Positions 38,501-49,851 of a stretch of 64,000 bases of DNA are shown here, piece by piece. Both the position numbers and the translations under genes were made by a program. Location of the stretch: assembly GCA_973895155.1 (NCBI GenBank), contig OZ316896.1:20900152-20964151 (forward strand), read 5' to 3'. Each line of letters opens with the position of its first letter. Within the stretch, counting starts at the first letter, position 1. Under the pieces are notes generated by a model. The model worked only from the letters and a program-made list of their open reading frames with translations. It was not told where the DNA came from and did no database searches. This DNA is from Marsupella aquatica. Its lineage: Eukaryota > Plantae > Marchantiophyta.

Positions 38501-40174
38501 TTAAGCCTTGGAGTTCATGCAAGCAAAAAACTCCTCATTGGTGACTTCGCTCACCTCTGCTTTCCAAAACTTCTCAGCAACTTGATCATACGCAATGTGC
38601 TGCTCAATATCTCTTCCAAGGACCCAACCAGGTCCTTTCTTTTCCACTTTCTCTTTTTTTACCACTTCCATCTCTTTTGAGGATGAAGCAATCAAAGTAG
38701 GCTCCTTTGTTGTACTTCCTCTATCTTCAAATCGAACACTCCTCCTTGTTGGGACTCTTGATGATGGCTGCAAAATAGAGGATCCAGGCTCAACCTTCTG
38801 TTTTCCTTTGGCACGTTCTTCCAAAGGTTTTGACGACTTTCGTTTCTCCTCCACCATAGAATCCCATAGAGATCCCACTTCTGTAGTGAAAGAAGAGATC
38901 AACACTGGATCACTCCAACCTGACTTTCTCCTTACAAACTTTGCTAGTCTCTTCTTGTCTGTCTCTGTTGATGAAGAACTCCCAAAGAGGGTGTAAACAT
39001 CTGCTTCATGCTCATCCTGATCTCCAAAAGCTGCTGCAATGGCTGAAGTATGATGTTCAGTCATTCTTCTCTCCACCAACACCTTCATACCGCCCTTGTT
39101 TGTGTTTACTGGAATAAGCTCTCCTGAATCATGATAAGCAAGCTTTCTTATGTCATCATGATCAATGAACTTGACTATTCTCTCTCTCAGAGCAATAGAA
39201 AGCTCCCCGCATTCACGCCTTGAGTGCTCCTTACTATCACACCAAATACAATTCCAACTCCTTGCTCCGCCAATGGAACTCTCGGCTCCTGGACCACCTC
39301 TTGGTGCTGGTCTTGATGCACCTCCTCCCATCTGCTCGAAGGCTTGGGTGGCAAGAATGATAAGATTTTTCATGAGTTCAGACAACTCATCCATTTTGTC
39401 CATGCTTTTCTCACCCCTACCAGTTGTTGACTCCATTTTCTCCATTCTCCTCATAGAAGTCATAGGTGCAACCGCATCTAGAGTACCTTCATAACTCAAC
39501 TTCTTTCTTCTATGCTTTTGGCTGACCCTAAGCATAGCAATTTCAATCTCCTCCCAAGTTGGTGGACTAGCTCCACGACTTGGGTTCATCAATTCTAGAG
39601 CAAGCTCCAACTTGTTTTGAAGCTTCTCATCAACAGCTCGAATAAGTAAAGTAGCCTTATGTACCTTGATAACTTCAGAACCAATCTCAGGAAGCTGATT
39701 GAACTTCTTTGTAAACTCCCTTATCAGCTCTTGAGGTCCCAACTTCTTGTTTCTATCGGCCACCCAATCAATGAAAGATGCTTGAGTAACCTGATCTGGA
39801 TCTTCAAGCTGAAATTCTTCTTTCATTTTTAACTCAAAGACCTTCCATGCGTTCTCTCCAGTAGCTCCATCTATCAAGGTAGTAACAATTCCCTTGAGTT
39901 CAGGTTCTACTAAAGATACAAACTCCTTGACTGCAACTTCTACATCAATCTTATGAATTGTAGCCTCCGTCCAGTATCCCTTGAGATACTTGGTTACATT
40001 CCGCCCATCAAATTCTCCTTGCTTGGTAAGAATCGAGTGTAGGTACTTTGTGGTCCTACCAAGCAACTCCTTCTTCTTGTTCTCCTCCATCTTGTTCTCC
40101 TTCATTCCATGTAAGTAAGCAGCAATCAAAGATGAAAATCTCTCCATATCAGTTGGATTCATCTCAGTTCCCAT
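38501..40174 (-). CDS. gag: Gypsy gag with zinc knuckle
   Basis: 557-aa ORF just downstream of the PBS, with CIWCDSKEHSRREC. In frame with the protease ORF across a single TAA. Confidence 0.85.
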   Translation of the reverse strand: MGTEMNPTDMERFSSLIAAYLHGMKENKMEENKKKELLGRTTKYLHSILTKQGEFDGRNVTKYLKGYWTEATIHKIDVEVAVKEFVSLVEPELKGIVTTLIDGATGENAWKVFELKMKEEFQLEDPDQVTQASFIDWVADRNKKLGPQELIREFTKKFNQLPEIGSEVIKVHKATLLIRAVDEKLQNKLELALELMNPSRGASPPTWEEIEIAMLRVSQKHRRKKLSYEGTLDAVAPMTSMRRMEKMESTTGRGEKSMDKMDELSELMKNLIILATQAFEQMGGGASRPAPRGGPGAESSIGGARSWNCIWCDSKEHSRRECGELSIALRERIVKFIDHDDIRKLAYHDSGELIPVNTNKGGMKVLVERRMTEHHTSAIAAAFGDQDEHEADVYTLFGSSSSTETDKKRLAKFVRRKSGWSDPVLISSFTTEVGSLWDSMVEEKRKSSKPLEERAKGKQKVEPGSSILQPSSRVPTRRSVRFEDRGSTTKEPTLIASSSKEMEVVKKEKVEKKGPGWVLGRDIEQHIAYDQVAEKFWKAEVSEVTNEEFFACMNSKA

Positions 40175-40298
40175 GTTTACAATTCTTCCCTCTTGACTTA
40201 GTAATATAAATAATTTAAGGACTCAAAGTTCCAAAACCATATCTCTCTCCATCTATTAGAATTTAAACATGCACAAGCTAACTTCAAAATCCAGCGGT

Positions 40299-40316
40299 TC
40301 CCCAGTATGGTCGCCA
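40299..40316 (-). promoter_or_regulatory. Primer-binding site TGGCGACCATACTGGGGA (tRNA-Arg-like)
   Basis: Begins TGG 4 nt inside the LTR boundary. The tRNA identity is inferred from resemblance to Tat/Ogre-type PBS. Confidence 0.8.
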
Positions 40317-40320
40317 CTTA

Positions 40321-41511
40321 TGTTTGGGTGACCGTGTTTTCTGGCAAGAGCATGTTGGCTCTTATGAAGTTAACCTTGCATGCTCATAAGTTCTACACTA
40401 AAATCAAAATGATAATTCTAGTAACAAGGGTAGTGGGTATTAAGAAAGGTTCAGGTGAAACTAAAATACTGTTAAACCCTACTTCACCATACTTGCAGAC
40501 CAACACATCACGAAAATTAGTTTTCTTATGACATATGATCCTAATATCTCCAAGAGAAAATGAAACAAGAATATCATCCGGACTCCTATTCAGATCCATG
40601 ACTTCAATAAAGGACAAAGATGATGCACTCCCACTCCTCTCGGTACGACACCACTGGGTATATTATTGGCTCGTTAGAAACCATAACAGCAGTTGCAAAC
40701 TGAGCTCCAAAATGATAGGTTAGATGTTGCCTCATAGATGGTTTGTCTAAAAGATGGACTCTAATCAAAAACGGATTACAAAGAAGAAGATCAGGGATAA
40801 CTCTCTCTCCTGGATTCATGATGACTCTCCTATTCCTTTGCTATCCAGGCCAAAGGACGCCCCACCCCTATATTCCCAAAGAAACCTTATTCCCTAAGGT
40901 CCCATCTATAAGTCTACCACTCATTCCTTTGCTATCCGGGCCAAAGGACGCCCCACTACTATATTCAAGGCACAAATAAGCTTCACAACCTTGAATGATA
41001 AACACTGCGGAATGAGGAGAGAGTGCCCCTCACCACTTTATTTATAGTGCACACCAAGAGGGCATGGATCAAGCCCAAGCACTTGGATGAAGGCCAAGTG
41101 GCAAGCATCAAATACCTAAGAGTGTGCTAGTACTGTTCATAGTTGATGAAACTACTTTTAGTAGGTGGAACTACCATGCATTGGTGGAACTATTGTGCGT
41201 TGATGGACTTACTGTGCGTTGGTGGAACTATTGTGCGTTGGTGGTCCTACTATGCATTGGTGGACCTATTATGCGTTAGTGGACCTACTGTGTGTTGGTA
41301 GAACTATTGTGCGTTGGTAGAACTACTCATATACATTGGTAGAACTACTCATATGCATTGGTGGAACTATTGTAGTCCGTTAATATAGCTAAAGAAATTA
41401 ATAAAGTCTAAATTTAGTAATCTAACTACTAAACTACTTATATAATCTATAACATATTAAAACAAATAATTTTTTTATAACTTAAGAGAAAATCACGATA
41501 ACGTCCTGACA
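40321..41511 (-). repeat. Gypsy 5' LTR (1191 bp) with internal ~21-bp tandem repeats at ~41160-41375
   Basis: TGT...ACA termini. Adjacent to the PBS on one side and copia protease sequence on the other. Confidence 0.85.
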
Positions 41512-41514
41512 ATC

Positions 41515-44500
41515 ACACTTGGATTCTTGATAGTGGAGCTTTCACCCACATTAGCCGTGATAAAAGCAACTTTACCACACTTCGTGGTAGCTTGTCTAAG
41601 TCCAACGTCCTAAGTGCCAGCGGATCCAAGATGCTTGTGTCCGGATCTGGATGTATTTCAATTTCAAGCAATAAAATAGTGTCTGATGTTCTCTATGTTC
41701 CTAGTATTACCAGGAATCTCTTATCTATCGAGAAGCTCACCGACCAGGGACACTCAGTCATCTTCAATTCATCAAACTGCTACGTTCTTGATCAACAACG
41801 ACCTCACAAAGTACGCCTCAAAGGAACACGGGATCCTTTGAGTAAGTTGTACAAACTACAACTTCCCGGCACAGTCGACCCGACCAAATGTTCTCAACGT
41901 AGACTTCTCACGCACCCAAGTCTATTGGCCCAATGTCATCTGTCCGAATCACGACTCTCTACGTCTCAACTATGGCATCAACGACTGGGGCACTCCAGCT
42001 CTCAGAGAATCGCTCACATGACTCGGCATAACCTTGTTACTGGAGTCCCTCCATTGACATCTGAGGACCACATCTGCGAGACATGCGTGAAGGGGAAACA
42101 AACTCGTCACAGAATTCCCAAGGCTACCGCCTCCAGATCACACAAACCTCTGGAGCTGATTCACACGGACCTATGTGGACCATTTCCCATACCAGCACTC
42201 TCCGGCGCAAGGTACATTATTACTTTCACTGACGACTATTCCAGATTTACGTGGGTCAAGTTTCTCAAGCTCAAAAGTGAGGCACTAGAGTCATTTAAAT
42301 TCTTTAAATCCCATGTTGAAGTGGCATTTGACTCCAAGATTGCCTGTGTTCGTAGCGATAGGGGCGGGGAATACACATCTGAGCTATTTCGCTCCTTCTG
42401 TAACCCATGGCATATCTCGGCAACTGACAATTGCTAGAACCCCTCATCAAAATGGGGTTGCTGAAAGGAAGAATCGCACCCTCCTGGATATCGCTAGATC
42501 ATTATCGTTTGGGTCAAACGCCCCCGCATTTCTTTGGGAGGAATTAGTTCGCACTACCAATCACATCAACAACCGCTGCAACACTCGTGCTCTCAATCTC
42601 TCTACACCATTTGAATGTCTGACGTCTACAAAGCCTGAGCTTAGTCACTTTCGGGTCATAGGCAGCACAACATATGTCCACGTTCCGTCTGCCTTACGCA
42701 ACAAGCTGGAAGCCAGGTCCATCAAGTGTGTTCTACTCGACTACAATGACCAAAGCAAGGCCTACCGCTGCTTTGACCCAACCACTCAAAAAATCCTCAT
42801 CTCTCACGACGTCATTGTTGATGAGTCCACTCCTGGTGACTTCCTTCCGTCACCAACGGGCCACTCTGAGAGTCTATTCGATTTGTTTTCATTTGATGCT
42901 ACCGACTCACAACCCTCCGACGACTCCACAGTTCCTCCAAATCCCATCGATCCTACTTATCTACCAACTGATCCATCTACATCTCCCGATGCTGTCTCCC
43001 TAGATCCATTCCCGACCCCTCCTCCTCCACCAATACGGCGGGCTCGCCACCGAAATCCTGAACGCACACGACCTCCCTCTGGGCGACTAACCTCCTTCCC
43101 TTGCAAATATGATGACTTTCATGTCTCACTCGAAGCTGAAATATCAGCGCTGTGCACTGCCCTTATTGCTGACTCCAGTAACGACATTCAACTCAGTGAT
43201 GCTCTTCAGGATCCTTGCTGGATTGAGGCAATGCAACTAGAGCTTCAAGCTCACGAGAAAAATGGCACATGGGATCTCGTCAATCTTCCTCCGGGGGAGA
43301 AGGCCCTATCCGCTCGATGGGTACTAAGGGAGAAGATTGACCATGCAGGAAACTCAAAATTTAAAGCCAGAGTAGTGGCCCGTGGCAACAAACAAAGAGA
43401 AGGGCTCGATTATGATGAAACATTTGCCCCGGTGGTTAGATGGTCAACAGTTTGTCTCATAGTTGCTCTAGCCGCTGCACTTGGATGGCCCCTGCTGCAT
43501 ATGGACGTGGTAACAACATTCCTCAACAGCACTCTACGGGAACTCATTTACATGAAACAACCACCAGGCTTCATCATTCCAGGTCATGAAGAACTGGTCT
43601 GCCGATTACGAAGGTCCATCTACGGTCTAAAGCAGAGTCCCAGGGAATGGTACAAGGAAATGGATGCATTTCTCAGGTCAATCGGATGCACCAGAAGCTC
43701 TCTCGATCCAAATCTATACTTCAAGGAGCAGGATGGAAAAACAACAATTATTCTACTATTTGTATATGACTTGCTTATCACCGGGAGTGGAGGACACCTC
43801 ATTACTGAACTCAAAAAGCAGCTACAATCCAAGTATGAAATGAAAGATCTCGGCACTGCCAGACGCTACCTCGGAGTAGACTTCCACCAGTCTGATGCCG
43901 GCATATTACTACATCAAAAATTCTACGCAGACCAACTGGTCCATGAATACGGGATGGAGGACTGTCAACCTACTGCTACACCTCTGACAGAAGGTCTGGA
44001 ACTATCTGCCGAAACTAATACTTCGGAAATGGATGTCACGACATACTGCAAGCTGGTAGGAAAGCTCATTTATCTCACCAACACGAGGCCCGATGTTTCA
44101 TTTGTTGTTGGACTAATCAGTAGATTCATGAGTAGACCTCAACAAGCTCACTTCAATGCAGCCATGCATATAGTCAGATATATCAAAGGAACCACTGATC
44201 ACGGTGTGTTCTACAAGAGGGGGAGCTCACTGGAAATTCAAGGGTACACAGATGCTGATTGGGGCAACTCTTGCCCAGACACACGTAGATCTACAGGCGG
44301 ATACGTTCACAAAGTTGCAATGGGTCCCGTGGCCTGGAGCAGCAAGAGGCAGCCCACAGTTTCCCGCTCAACAACGGAAGCTGAGTATAGAGCACTATCC
44401 GACGGTGCTCAGGAAGGAGTCTATCTGAAAAGACTCATCGAAGAACTACAACAACATAGAATCGCTCCGAGCAATCTCAAGCACACAAACTCGGAAATAT

Positions 44501-44802
44501 CAGTCAATCTTGAAAGGTCCATCGTTCCTACTCTACAGGACTTGCACATGCACTGCGATAATATGAGTGCAATCAAACTGGCCAAAAATCCGGTATTTCA
44601 CGCCAGAACTAAGCATCTCGAGATTCACCACCACTTTATTAGGGAGAGAATATTAGAGGGAGAAATCTCAGTACAACATGTAAGGTCGGATGAACAGGTT
44701 GCCTACATTCTGACTAAAGCTCTTCCTAAAGCGAAATTCTGCAGAAACCGCGACCAGCTAGGCATGAGACCCCTAGCCCAAGCTCTGCTGACAAAATCAT
44801 GA
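41515..44802 (+). pseudogene. pol: Copia pol with frameshift (~42400) and mutated RT motif (FVYD instead of YVDD)
   Basis: ORFs 41592..42437 and 42313..44802 overlap in different frames within integrase. Confidence 0.92.
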
Positions 44803-44832
44803 TACTCAGCTACTCAATCTCTCATTCTAAGC

Positions 44833-45297
44833 TTAGCGGGCACCGTTACGTAGCAGATACATCTCCGCCTCCTACCTAGTTCTGAACGATTTGAACTTGT
44901 TCCCTCTATAGCCATTGACCAGCGGCTCCGTCTCCTCCCAAGTCGTGTATACTCCTGGCCGTCGACCTCTTGCCACTGCATAATATCTACGAGGAGGCTC
45001 TGTCGATACCTTTGGAACTACTGCAACCGGAATTCCCATAACCGGAGGCCAGGAGACATGAGCTGGGTCTGGATCCGAAGGAACTGGAATTGGTGATAAC
45101 TCCACCGCTGAACAGACAGCTTCTGGCCTACGAGTTGCCGGGACCTCACGTTCTTCACATTCTCCTGAACTTGACCTCTCCTCTCGACCACATCGAAGGG
45201 AGTCTATCAAGTACCGTGCCAAAGCTGACAGGAAGTCCAACATCGCTAGAAAGAACTGGATTGACGTATCGCGTAGTGTGATATCTGCTTGCGCCAT
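44833..45297 (-). CDS. Antisense ORF with RNase H1 N-terminal hybrid-binding (Cauli_VI-like) domain; premature TAG at 44872-44874
   Basis: YYAVARGRRPGVYTTWEETEPLVNGYRGNKFKSFRTR*EAEMYL. Reading through the stop completes the typical F.T..EA..YL end. Confidence 0.8.
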
Positions 45298-45424
45298 TCT
45301 CTCTCTTTCGATCTGTTCTGATTATTCTCCCTGTTGCCTGTTGAACCTGTGTCTTCCCTTCTCCTCTATGTGTGATGAGATCAAGAGTCCCTTCTCCTCT
45401 ATGTGTGATGAGATCAAGAGGGGG

Positions 45425-45754
45425 TGTTGAAAATCTACGGAGTTACATTGTCCTCAGGTTCTGTCTTCATCACGCCTACTGTCTCACTTAATTAGTGAGC
45501 CAGTGATTAGCTGTAATTAATTCATGTCTGTTAAGCAATCCGCTAGGCAGATCAACGATCACAGAATTAGTTCCTTAGGACAAATCCCACCTAGGATTCC
45601 AACCACTTGCTCTGCTGTGATGGCTGTCTCCCATCCCTATGATGGTTCTGATCCTACGGTGATTCTTAGTTGCCGCTTAACGGCAGTCTCTTTCTCTGTG
45701 TATAATTCCCCTCATTCACGAGGGCTAATCAAGCATTATCAGAAAATTTCTTCA
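45425..45754 (+). repeat. Copia 3' LTR (~330 bp; right boundary tentative)
   Basis: Starts TGTTGAAAAT after the PPT. TATA-like TGTATAATT at ~45700. Ends ...TTTCTTCA. The 5' LTR is not in the window. Confidence 0.6.
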
Positions 45755-47865
45755 AAAGAATCGTCGCTTGACTCACTACAGCGGGAAGAATTCATGATCG
45801 TGTGATGCAATAGACGTGCTCCGGAATATATTAAGCAGAACAAAATGACAGCCGCAGAGGTGCAGGGATTCCAACTCCGCTGAAATGTTCGTCACCGCAT
45901 AGATACTTTGACTTAGCTACTTCGGCATGGATTATGCACAATTTTGTAGATCGATTGGTGACTGTCTAGTTTCTGCGAAATATCTGTGAGTACACCCAAG
46001 TGTGACTTGTTCGTCATGGCCGGATTGAACTCTGAAATCCTTTCTATATATATGTTGTACTTGAACTGACCACCTGTTGTCGAGTGCTTCGTTCCGTTCT
46101 CTCAATGAGAAACACATTCAGTCTAGCTGGAGCCGTCTTGCAATCACAATGGGTGAAGATCATTGATCAAGGGAAACAACAAGATCCTGGCGATTGAAGT
46201 TATGTAGCGTCAAAAGAAGTAGAACTACTGTCCGTTTCTGATTGCAGTAAAGAGTAAAGTAACGAGAGTCGTTCAAACAGATTTGACCGCCTCCCAAAAT
46301 TGTTCCACTGTCATATATAGGCGTCCTTCTAACAGGAAGCTGTTACCTCTTTACATTGCGACTGACAAAGAAAATCGATCGTCGAAACTACCTATCGTCT
46401 AGAACTAAAAACTGCGTTTGCGCCAACCTCAAGCCAACCATTGGATAACAGCTATAGAAAGGAAGCTGCATGTTACCTCTAGCTTTACATTGCCACTGAC
46501 AAAGAATTCAATTGATCGTCGAAACTACGTATCGTCTAGAACTAAAAACTGCGTGTGCGCCGAATTAACTCAAGCCTACACTAGAACCATGCACCTAGCC
46601 TTACACCGCAACATATTCGCTGTAATGAATAGTGGGGAGCTAAGCCGAATTGAAGTTGCATGAAGATAGTTGTCCCCGTTTCAACAGAATTGAAAGGAAG
46701 ATCGAAGTGAACGCTGAACATATATGCGCTCCATCCAGCAGTGGGAGCTCCGATAAACTCAAATGAGATACCTTCTTTCTCTCAAGGTAGCCGCCCTGTG
46801 GTCACAGCCGACGGAGATGCTCTCACTGATCGAATGCGTTTCTCCGGCCCCTACTTGTGCTTCTTTTTTTCAAGGAGCTCTTCGGTTGAGGCTCCGGCAG
46901 CAACATTTCTATTGGGAGAATGAAATGTTGTTGACGGTGTGTGACGATCCGCAGTGTCGTCAAAATTGCCAAGAAGTGAGTCATGTGTACCAGGCAGGTC
47001 TTCTGGTTCTCGGTCGAGAGGTTGCTCCCCTGCGGAGTCGGACAGTGACGACGTCGCGTCAGAAGGAGATTGTCTTTGTAAAGAGGCCGTTCCCGCTGGA
47101 GTCGGCAGGTCGTCTTCGTTTCTGCTTTGGTGTTCGTGAAGATCTGGGTCAGGAGCTCCAGGCTGTCTGAAACGGGGTCTGAGATCATCTGCTGCACACC
47201 CTGGTTCATCACAAGTATCGAAGATTACTTACGCGGATCGAGCTTGAGGCAACAGATCAGTAATTACAAAACAAGATTCCCCGAAATATCGACAAACCGA
47301 CAAATTGATTTCAGGGTGATCGTCGTTACCTCGACGACTAAACTGACGAACAATAGTCGCCACGGTTAGAAGTATGCTTGTTATGAGCAGATATACAGAT
47401 CCATTATTATCAAACGGGAAAAGCCTGATTCTGGCAAGCACTGCGCTGGAGAGTATAAGGAAAGTGCAATAGTTCCACATGGCGTCCGACATGATGTATA
47501 TCGCCACGAGTATTCGATCTAATTTCTTGGATGAATCGATGGAAGTTGCTGGTACAGACGTGTAAGCCGAAAGCACAGTGTGACATAATCTGAATGGGTG
47601 TATCGATAGATGATGCTGAACTGTTTCCCTTCTCTTAAAACCACAGAGAATCTCACTTTTTGCTCCTCTTTTTTGCCTTGTTGAAAAGCCCGTTTGTCTC
47701 CCATTCTACTCCCTCTTGCGTAAATTGTCATATCCTTCGAGTATCACGATCACTTCGACACTCTCTGGCTTGTATCGAGTTCTTCCAGACTCTGCAGATC
47801 CCGGTGAAGAAGCCCAAGTGAGTGCAGTAATGACCCGTCGTTAGTTTTGTGATTGGTCATCGCAG

Positions 47866-48312
47866 GTGAACGGATCTCTGTACGAATTTCACAGACCAGA
47901 ATGCACTCCCAACATGCAGATTGTATTCATCCACGGGATCCACTTGGGGGAATGCACCGATGCCCATGTAGATCGAGATATAGATCCCTGGGAAAGCGAG
48001 GAAGGCACGTTTTGGCCTCAAAGATGGTTGACAGAGGAATTCCCCAACGCTCACATATTTGCTGCAGCTTACAATGGGGGAGTGGGAAAGAGCTCATATG
48101 AGAGCTTTGATTTGTATGTCATTGCCGAGAATCTGTTGCATGATATGATGGAAAAAGAAACTGGGCAATTGCTCCATTGCCCTGTTGTACTGGTTGCCTA
48201 CTGCTTCGGCGGCATTGTAATCAAGCAGTTGTGTCGCCCAGCAACCAAGCCGAGCAGGAGCTCGACACAGGGTAAGACTTTTCTAAACAGCATAAGAGGG
48301 ATCTTTTACTAA
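47866..48312 (+). pseudogene. SERAC1-like alpha/beta-hydrolase fragment (type found N-terminal in hydrolase-NLRs)
   Basis: IVFIHGI, FWPQRWLTEEFP, VVLVAYCFGGIVIKQL (degenerate GHSxGG), IRGIFY, then stop. Confidence 0.75.
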
Positions 48313-48619
48313 GGTTATTAAACTTCCCAAAAGTGTCACATTGGGGTGGGGGGAGTCTAATTGTATTTCCTCCCCATTTCCTTTCAAGACCAAAAAAGAA
48401 CATCAAAAAGCCAGCATACAATATGGGTGGCCCACAAAGGGGGTCGGCTGCCCCAGGGCAGAACTAGGAAAGAAGCTAAACCAAGGGAAAGCTAATCTAG
48501 AAATTTAGCTACTGCAAATGGAGCAGCTCAAACTCCAAATGGCCTGCTGGGTGGGGTTACCTATCAGTGGATCTGTGATAGAAAAACTATTGGTCTAGTC
48601 TGCAGTGTAACTCCAAATC

Positions 48620-48945
48620 CTGTGGAGTAGAGTCCTTCATGGTGGATGGGGTGGGACGGGTGTGACTTGGATAATATGCGTGTGTATCTCCCACAATCCA
48701 GTCCAAGAGCCATAATCGAATGCCATGTCATTGAAGGCATCATTCAACGTGGATTTACCATTCCTAATACTGGAGCAATGGCGAGTCCAGTCTCATCTGA
48801 TGTAAATGCTGAGTCGGTGCCAGAATTGTGAACTACCCTTGTGCATCAGATCGGGTGTATTCCAGATAATATGAGGTTCTAGTCCTTCCAGATCTGCCAG
48901 CACACAATTGCCCGCATAGTGTGCCATAACTTATCAAAGTATCAA
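48620..48945 (-). mobile_element. LINE (L1-like) 3' remnant
   Basis: Minus strand reads DKLWHTMRAIVCWQIWKD*N, resembling the W..W..RN motif at the C-terminus of plant L1 ORF2. Boundaries approximate. Confidence 0.5.
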
Positions 48946-49816
48946 ATCATTTACACCACCTTGCTTATTGTAGAGGCCGATTTTCTGCTCAAATACGACT
49001 TACGATTGTTGTTTATCTTTGTGAAAAGTGAATTCCAAACGACATTTTGTTCAAATTTGGATCAGAGGGCAATTTTGGTCTAGCACATTCCTGCATTAAT
49101 TCTTACTGGTTTTGTATTCACTTGTCCAACAGAGATGGTTGAAATTGACACTACTCATGTTATCCTTGCTCTAATTTTCTGATAGTTCTTGAAACTTGTG
49201 GGTTGAAAGGGGTGCTTGGAATCGCTTGGATTTTTCTTAGGTTTGGACTGTTTGGTATCTGAAAACCTGCCCACTAAGTTTACACTTCTGACTAGAGGTT
49301 AAGCCAGGTAACTAAACTACAAACCAAAAATACAGGGAGGGCTCGCAGAGGTGTGAATGCTCTCAAGTTGAAACTTCACCATTGTAGCAAGTGGCAGGAT
49401 GAGAGAGCCAGCCACTCCCATCTAAGAAATAGTGTCAAAGCAGGACAGTTGCAGCACCGGACATAAGGTGAGGACAAAATAGTATTGGGTTACCAAAATA
49501 CATACCCCATAACGATGGTATGTCCAAAATCCACAGCTGTAGGACTTTGCTTACGGGAGTACTCTGACTTGCCCTTAATCCAGACCACAACATGAAGAAC
49601 AAGAAAGAGAAAGTAGGGATCTCCTCTCATCACTGGACATAGTGTTTGAAACTTTTGTGCCCCCTTCCCATCAATCCCAACTTTTGTGCCTCTTTCTCAT
49701 TGAATTGATGGGAAGGTTGCACAAAGTTTCCAACACTATGTCCAGTGATGAGAGAAGAGCAAGTGAGAATGATGTTAGGGTTGAAGTCATGTTCCATGGC
49801 AAGTTCCATGGGTACC

Positions 49817-49851
49817 TTGGGTTGGGTTGGGTTGGGTTGGGTTGGGTTGGG
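49817..49851. repeat. (TTGGG)n microsatellite
   Basis: Read directly from the sequence. Confidence 0.9.

Larger units (their letters stand above)
1..41511 (-). mobile_element. Ty3/gypsy LTR retrotransposon (5' LTR-PBS-gag-protease-RT-RNaseH-integrase), interrupted by three insertions; 3' part lies outside the window
   Basis: Minus-strand domain order is gag (CxxCxxxxHxxxxC), protease (LIDTGSE), RT (LPQG, LLDD), RNase H, integrase HHCC. Removing 671-1701, 1716-33654 and 34885-37020 plus one TSD copy each rejoins pol in frame (GKAF|AFCPKEMGC and GAQVI|LETDCLPLLG). Confidence 0.95.
41512..45754 (+). mobile_element. Ty1/copia retrotransposon, 3' portion (protease-integrase-RT-RNaseH, extra antisense ORF, PPT, 3' LTR)
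   Basis: WILDSGA, LWHQRLGH..CETC, IHTDLCG, RSDRGGE, VAERKNR, YGLKQSPR and GYTDADW in copia order. Purine tract AAGAGGGGG (45416-45424) precedes TGTTG. Confidence 0.93.

Noticed and set aside
46300-47730. Overlapping short ORFs and a ~125-bp duplication; possible decayed gene
   Set aside because: No recognisable motif in any frame, so no call can be supported.
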